Under the pieces are notes generated by a model. That model was not told the DNA's origin and did not search any database. It saw only the letters and a program-made list of their open reading frames with translations. From Gammaproteobacteria bacterium (GTDB lineage: Bacteria > Pseudomonadota > Gammaproteobacteria > Eutrophobiales > Eutrophobiaceae): DNA of 64,000 nucleotides. Below, in pieces: positions 59,877-64,000 of the stretch; positions within the stretch are counted from its first letter, which is position 1; every line of letters begins with the position of its first letter. The DNA lies in contig JAURNY010000019.1 in NCBI GenBank assembly GCA_030829955.1, positions 699 to 64,698 of the forward strand, written 5' to 3'. A program made the translations under genes and the position numbers.

Positions 59877-60731
59877 ATGAATCAATTACAAAATCTTCAA
59901 TTAATATTACCTACTGGTTCAATTGAAACCTACATTTCATCGGTAAACCAGATTCCTGTATTAAGTCAGGAAGAGGAAGTCGAATTAGCGCGCCGTTTAC
60001 GTGATGAAAACGATATCGAGGCCGCTCGTCGTTTGGTCATGTCGCATCTACGCTTTGTGGTAAAGATTGCTCGCGGTTATGCCGGCTATGGTTTACAACA
60101 GGCAGATTTAATTCAGGAGGGCAACTTGGGCTTGATGAAAGCCGTAAAACGATTTGATCCTGAAGTTGGTGTGCGACTGGTATCATTCGCCGTCCATTGG
60201 ATTCGCGCAGAAATGCATGAATATATTATTCGCAACTGGCGCATCGTGAAGATTGCTACCACTAAGGCGCAACGCAAATTATTCTTCAACTTACGTTCAG
60301 CTAAAAAACGTTTGGGCTGGATGAATAAAAACGAAGTCGATGACATTGCCAAAGACCTGAATGTTAAGCCTAGCGAAGTATTGGAAATGGAAAAGCGTTT
60401 AGCCAACTACGATGCATCGTTTGATGGTTACAACGATGATAGTGATGATGAAGATTTATACACAGCACCAAGTTACTTTGTAGAACACAATAGTGCTGGG
60501 CCGGAAGAGATTATCGAAACCACACAGCTAGATGACGAACAAACCGAAGCACTACAAGAAGCGTTAATGTTATTGGATGATCGCAGTAAAGATATCATCG
60601 CAAGACGTTGGCTAGAAGAAGAAAAAGCAACCCTGCATGATTTGGCCGATGAATATCAAGTCTCCGCTGAGCGCATCAGACAAATAGAAAGCATTGCGAT
60701 GAAAAAGCTACGACAAGCGATTGCAGCTTAA
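59877..60731 (+). CDS. rpoH: RNA polymerase sigma-32 factor RpoH
   Basis: 284 aa. Sigma-70 regions 2 and 4 and the RpoH box QRKLFFNLR. Confidence 0.95.
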   Translation: MNQLQNLQLILPTGSIETYISSVNQIPVLSQEEEVELARRLRDENDIEAARRLVMSHLRFVVKIARGYAGYGLQQADLIQEGNLGLMKAVKRFDPEVGVRLVSFAVHWIRAEMHEYIIRNWRIVKIATTKAQRKLFFNLRSAKKRLGWMNKNEVDDIAKDLNVKPSEVLEMEKRLANYDASFDGYNDDSDDEDLYTAPSYFVEHNSAGPEEIIETTQLDDEQTEALQEALMLLDDRSKDIIARRWLEEEKATLHDLADEYQVSAERIRQIESIAMKKLRQAIAA

Positions 60732-60772
60732 AAGAAATTAAATCAAGGATGATTAATACTAACGAAAATATT

Positions 60773-60796
60773 AACGGCTCTTCAGAGCCGTTTTTT
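60773..60796 (+). terminator. Rho-independent terminator after rpoH
   Basis: AACGGCTC-TTCA-GAGCCGTTTTTT. Confidence 0.85.
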
Positions 60797-60912
60797 AAAT
60801 ATGAATTATAAAGGTATACAACAAAACCTAAAATATGCCGATGTTGAAATAAATAAGCTTCATAATCATGAAATATTTTACGCTTTGATACTCCTGTATC
60901 AGATTAATAAAC

Positions 60913-61785
60913 GTGTTTAACGATAATTTTATATCCCTTAAACTGAATACTACCGGCGCGGAAATAAATCTTGCACATGGTGGTAAAGGTAAACCATTAC
61001 TACTACTTCATGGTTATCCACAAACTCATGTCATATGGCATGCCGTTGCTCCTGCGCTTGCGAAACAGTTTCATGTGGTTTGTCCTGATTTACGTGGTTA
61101 TGGTGATAGTTCCAAACCGGTCAGCAGTAATAGTTTTAAACATTATTCAAAACGTGAAATGGCAAAAGATATGGTCGAAGTCATGGAAGAACTTGGCTAT
61201 GACTCGTTTTATGTTGCCGGTCATGATCGAGGGGCACGAGTCATACATCGCATGGCACGCGATTATCCAAATAAAGTATTAAAAGCCTGCGTTATGGATA
61301 TTGTTCCAACAGAATATATGTATGGAAATGCTGATAAGGCATTTGCCTCAGGTTATTATCACTGGTTCTTTCTGATACAGCCTGACGGCTTGCCGGAAAA
61401 GATGATTAGCGAGGACCCTGAATATTATCTTCGAGAAAAACTAAAGCGCTGGAGTGCTGCGAACGCTATTTTTGATGAACAAGCGGTTGCTGAATATATT
61501 CGTTGTTTTAGCCATCCAGAAACTATTCATGCAACGTGCAATGATTATCGCGCTGCAGCGAGCATTGATCTCGAACATGATGCAAAAGATAAAGAAAAGT
61601 TAATTACTTGTCCTTTGATAGTGCTATGGGGAAGTAAAGGCTTTATAAACCGAACATATGATGTATTAGATGTCTGGTCTAAATATGCCTTGCAGGTTCA
61701 GGGAAAAGCTTTAGATTGCGGGCATTTTGTACCGGAAGAGGCAGCGGAAGATGTCATTGCAGAATTACTTTCTTTTTTCTCATAA
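60913..61785 (+). CDS. Haloacetate (fluoroacetate-type) dehalogenase homologue, alpha/beta-hydrolase fold (DehH1/FAcD family)
   Basis: 290 aa. Collinear similarity to Moraxella DehH1 (HGYPQ … VVCPDLRGYGDS; nucleophile/carboxylate-binding VAGHDRGARVIHRMA with Asp and two Arg; halide-binding YYHWFF; NDYRAAASIDLEHD; C-terminal GHF with the catalytic His). Confidence 0.75.
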   Translation: MFNDNFISLKLNTTGAEINLAHGGKGKPLLLLHGYPQTHVIWHAVAPALAKQFHVVCPDLRGYGDSSKPVSSNSFKHYSKREMAKDMVEVMEELGYDSFYVAGHDRGARVIHRMARDYPNKVLKACVMDIVPTEYMYGNADKAFASGYYHWFFLIQPDGLPEKMISEDPEYYLREKLKRWSAANAIFDEQAVAEYIRCFSHPETIHATCNDYRAAASIDLEHDAKDKEKLITCPLIVLWGSKGFINRTYDVLDVWSKYALQVQGKALDCGHFVPEEAAEDVIAELLSFFS

Positions 61786-61830
61786 TAAGATGCTATGCTT
61801 ATTTAATATTATAAATAGAGAACAATAACT

Positions 61831-62097
61831 ATGGCCGGTGGCTGGTCAAAAGACGGCGCAGTGCAGGATCAAATCGACGCCAATGTAGAAGATGCTATCA
61901 AACAAGCCAAAGCTCGCATGCCAAAAGGTGAGAGCCTTAAGTATTGTGAAGAATGTGATGAAGAAATTCCCCAAGCAAGACGCGAGGTAGTGCCCGGGGT
62001 TCGTTTATGCGTGAATTGCCAAACAAAAAAAGATACTGAAGAAAAATCTTTAAACCTATTTAATCGACGCGGCAATAAAGACAGCCAGATACATTAG
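61831..62097 (+). CDS. TraR/DksA-family C4 zinc-finger protein
   Basis: 88 aa. CEECDEEIPQARREVVPGVRLCVNC is the C4 DksA/TraR zinc finger. Confidence 0.75.
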   Translation: MAGGWSKDGAVQDQIDANVEDAIKQAKARMPKGESLKYCEECDEEIPQARREVVPGVRLCVNCQTKKDTEEKSLNLFNRRGNKDSQIH

Positions 62098-62111
62098 ATT
62101 AAAAACCCTGC

Positions 62112-62441
62112 TTAATTAGTTTTCCTCTCCAAACCTTCGTCTTCCTGTTTAGCAGTCGCGACATCATAGAATACTCGTTCTACTAAAATTGAATCCCTCC
62201 AGGCATCATTATAGAGCGGCATATGTATTCTCACCGCTGCTTTTTCCTTACCTTGTCCGGCATCATAGATGATGACATTATCTCTAGCAATTTGGCGGCC
62301 TTTAAATTGCATTGACCCGTCAGGGAATACATATAAAACCTTGTCATTATCTTTGTCAGACAATAACACCGGTTTTGTGTGATTACAGGCTGTTAAAAAT
62401 ATAAATCCTGCTATCACAATTAATGTGTTAAATTTTTTCAT
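62112..62441 (-). CDS. Small hypothetical lipoprotein
   Basis: 109 aa. Signal peptide with a lipobox (FLTAC). No recognisable domain. Confidence 0.5.
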   Translation of the reverse strand: MKKFNTLIVIAGFIFLTACNHTKPVLLSDKDNDKVLYVFPDGSMQFKGRQIARDNVIIYDAGQGKEKAAVRIHMPLYNDAWRDSILVERVFYDVATAKQEDEGLERKTN

Positions 62442-62557
62442 GATTCTATAACGCCTCTTTTTATATAACTATGCTAAATAGTTTATGAGGTTTTTTGCAT
62501 GTTCGCTGCCAACTGGTTCACAATTCTGTAAAACATGGGAAAATCAATTAAATATAA

Positions 62558-62573
62558 TGTGATCAAGGTCACA
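62558..62573. promoter_or_regulatory. Perfect CRP/Vfr-family consensus site TGTGA-N6-TCACA
   Basis: TGTGATCAAGGTCACA lies in the divergent intergenic region between the lipoprotein gene (start 62441) and ogt (start 62824), about 117 bp upstream of the lipoprotein ATG. Confidence 0.5.
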
Positions 62574-62823
62574 TGAATTGAAAATAAGTATTAATTTAAT
62601 CAAAAGTAGAAACACGGCCTATATAACTTCCTAATAAACCTAGTCCATCATCAGCATGATCTAGCACTTGTATTGCTGTCATCCCCATAAACTTCATGCC
62701 GACATATTAAAGCTCATATGCATTATGATGTATTGCGGAAAAGGTTTCATTTATACCAAGCACAAAAATATAGCTTGGATGATGAGGAAAAGTTACTAAT
62801 ATAAAGATACTATTAATTAAATA

Positions 62824-63375
62824 ATGACAAAACAAACGCAAAAGAAGAAGGCGGTGGCGACTGATCCTCCGGTCGAAACAATTCATTATGCTATCGGATT
62901 ATGTCGATATGGTTCTGTGCTTTGTGCAACAAGCAAAAAAGGAATCTGCGCTATTTATATTCATGACAAACCAAAAACACTTCTTGCGACACTAAAAAAA
63001 GATTTTCCAGCAACAAAAATTCAGGGGGCAAAAAAAGACTTTAAACCTGTTTTAGCAAGCGTCATTAAATACATTAAAAAACCAAATGGCAAACCGGAAG
63101 TAAAGCTTGATCTTCATGGCACTGAATTTCAAAAACGTGTGTGGAAATTTTTATCAACGATACGTGCAGGTAAAACTCTTAGTTATTCCGAAGTTGCCAT
63201 GCATTTGGGCTCTCCGGGTGCTGCGCGTACTGTAGGCAATGCGTGTGCAGCCAACAAAATCGCTATCTTGATTCCTTGTCATCGTGTTTTACGACTGGAT
63301 GGAAGCTTGTCTGGTTATCGCTGGGGTTTAAAAATAAAAAAGGAATTACTCAAAAACGAAAACGCTATTCCTTGA
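62824..63375 (+). CDS. ogt: Methylated-DNA–protein-cysteine S-methyltransferase (Ogt-like) with a Lys-rich N-terminus
   Basis: 183 aa. Active-site PCHRVL ([19 protein letters not shown]) and a winged-helix DNA-binding domain. Confidence 0.85.
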   Translation: MTKQTQKKKAVATDPPVETIHYAIGLCRYGSVLCATSKKGICAIYIHDKPKTLLATLKKDFPATKIQGAKKDFKPVLASVIKYIKKPNGKPEVKLDLHGTEFQKRVWKFLSTIRAGKTLSYSEVAMHLGSPGAARTVGNACAANKIAILIPCHRVLRLDGSLSGYRWGLKIKKELLKNENAIP

Positions 63376-64000
63376 TGCGATAACCTTTTTTAAATATCCA
63401 GTAAATAACAGTCAGACAAATAAGCTTGAATATCAGTATCATGAATAGGCTTACACCCACATTGACATCGGCAATGCCATAGAAGCTCCAACGAAAACCA
63501 CTGATTAAGTAAACAACAGGGTTAAATAGCGTTAATGTTTGCCAGAATTCCGGCAACATTTTAATCGAATAAAAACTGCCCCCCAAAAACGTTAGCGGCG
63601 TAATAATCATCATTGGCACAATCTGTAAACGCTCGAAACTATCTGCCCAGATGCCCAGAATAAAACCAAACAAACTAAAACTGGATGCAGTTAAAAATAG
63701 AAAACAACACATGTAAACAGGGTGAGTAACCTCATAATCTACGAATAACTTTGCTGTTAACAAGATTAACACACCAATAATTACTGATTTAGTCGTTGCG
63801 GCACCAACAAACCCTATTATGATTTCAAAAGCGTTTATAGGTGCAGACAACAATTCATATATGGTGCCAGTAAACTTTGGCATATATATACCAAAAGACG
63901 CATTGGAGATACTTTCATTAAGCAATGACAGCATGATCAAGCCGGGAATAATAAATTCGCCATAACTAACCCCATCAATATCGCCCATGCGCGAACCAAT
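63365..64000 (-). CDS. ABC-2 type transporter permease, 5'-partial (continues beyond the window edge)
   Basis: The stop at 63365 overlaps the ogt stop region by 11 nt. Multi-TM ABC-2/YadH-like permease sequence. The N-terminus lies outside the window. Confidence 0.6.
   Translation of the reverse strand: MGSRMGDIDGVSYGEFIIPGLIMLSLLNESISNASFGIYMPKFTGTIYELLSAPINAFEIIIGFVGAATTKSVIIGVLILLTAKLFVDYEVTHPVYMCCFLFLTASSFSLFGFILGIWADSFERLQIVPMMIITPLTFLGGSFYSIKMLPEFWQTLTLFNPVVYLISGFRWSFYGIADVNVGVSLFMILIFKLICLTVIYWIFKKGYRIKE

Overview
This 64-kb window is an AT-rich (about 40% GC) gammaproteobacterial chromosomal segment, densely coding on both strands. Nearly all of it is core housekeeping genes. The gene order resembles Pseudomonas aeruginosa, which I recall rather than looked up: the PA0357–PA0407 region (mutM … coaD, rsmD, two M16 peptidases, ftsYEX-rpoH, and proC-yggS / pilT-pilU … pyrC'-pyrB-pyrR-yqgF-yqgE-tonB3-gshB) and PA5315–PA5332 (rpmBG, coaBC-dut-algC-argB, pyrE-crc). 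There is also an enterobacterial-type slmA.

Genes I recognise, in order: photolyase; purK-purE; an SDR epimerase; cytochrome c5; an orphan TRAP DctP; uvrD; pmbA; msbA; a radical-SAM/Cys-rich protein; a pyridine-nucleotide-disulfide oxidoreductase with a TVP38/DedA membrane protein; phosphoribulokinase; a ParA-like ATPase; a 2Fe-2S/FNR reductase; hemCDXY; gshB; a TonB3-like protein; yqgE; ruvX; pyrR-pyrB-pyrC' followed by a PyrK-like flavoprotein and a TrmB-like methyltransferase; three tandem PilT-family ATPases (pilT, pilU, and a second pilU-like gene); yggS-proC-yggT-yggU; crc; pyrE; a DUF4124 protein; slmA; argB; a long algC; dut; coaBC; rpmB-rpmG; an A-subunit-only hydantoinase/oxoprolinase; an ABC/GldF/GldG/DUF4340 cluster; mutM; ggt; coaD; rsmD; two M16 peptidases; ftsYEX; rpoH; a haloacetate-dehalogenase homologue; a TraR/DksA-type zinc finger; a lipoprotein; ogt; and a partial ABC-2 permease at the edge.

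I see no CRISPR array, rRNA or tRNA gene, IS element or prophage.

No single clearly novel defence or mobile system is evident. The points most worth a second look are:
- a translationally coupled 843-aa AlgC with a 2-TM sensor-like N-terminal half;
- the tandem triplication of pilT-family motors;
- a PyrK-like oxidoreductase grafted onto the pyrRBC' operon;
- a radical-SAM/disulfide-reductase/DedA trio;
- a 13-bp-arm perfect palindrome overlapping a sigma-E-type promoter of rpoH;
- a perfect CRP-type site;
- a duplicated roughly 22-nt motif.
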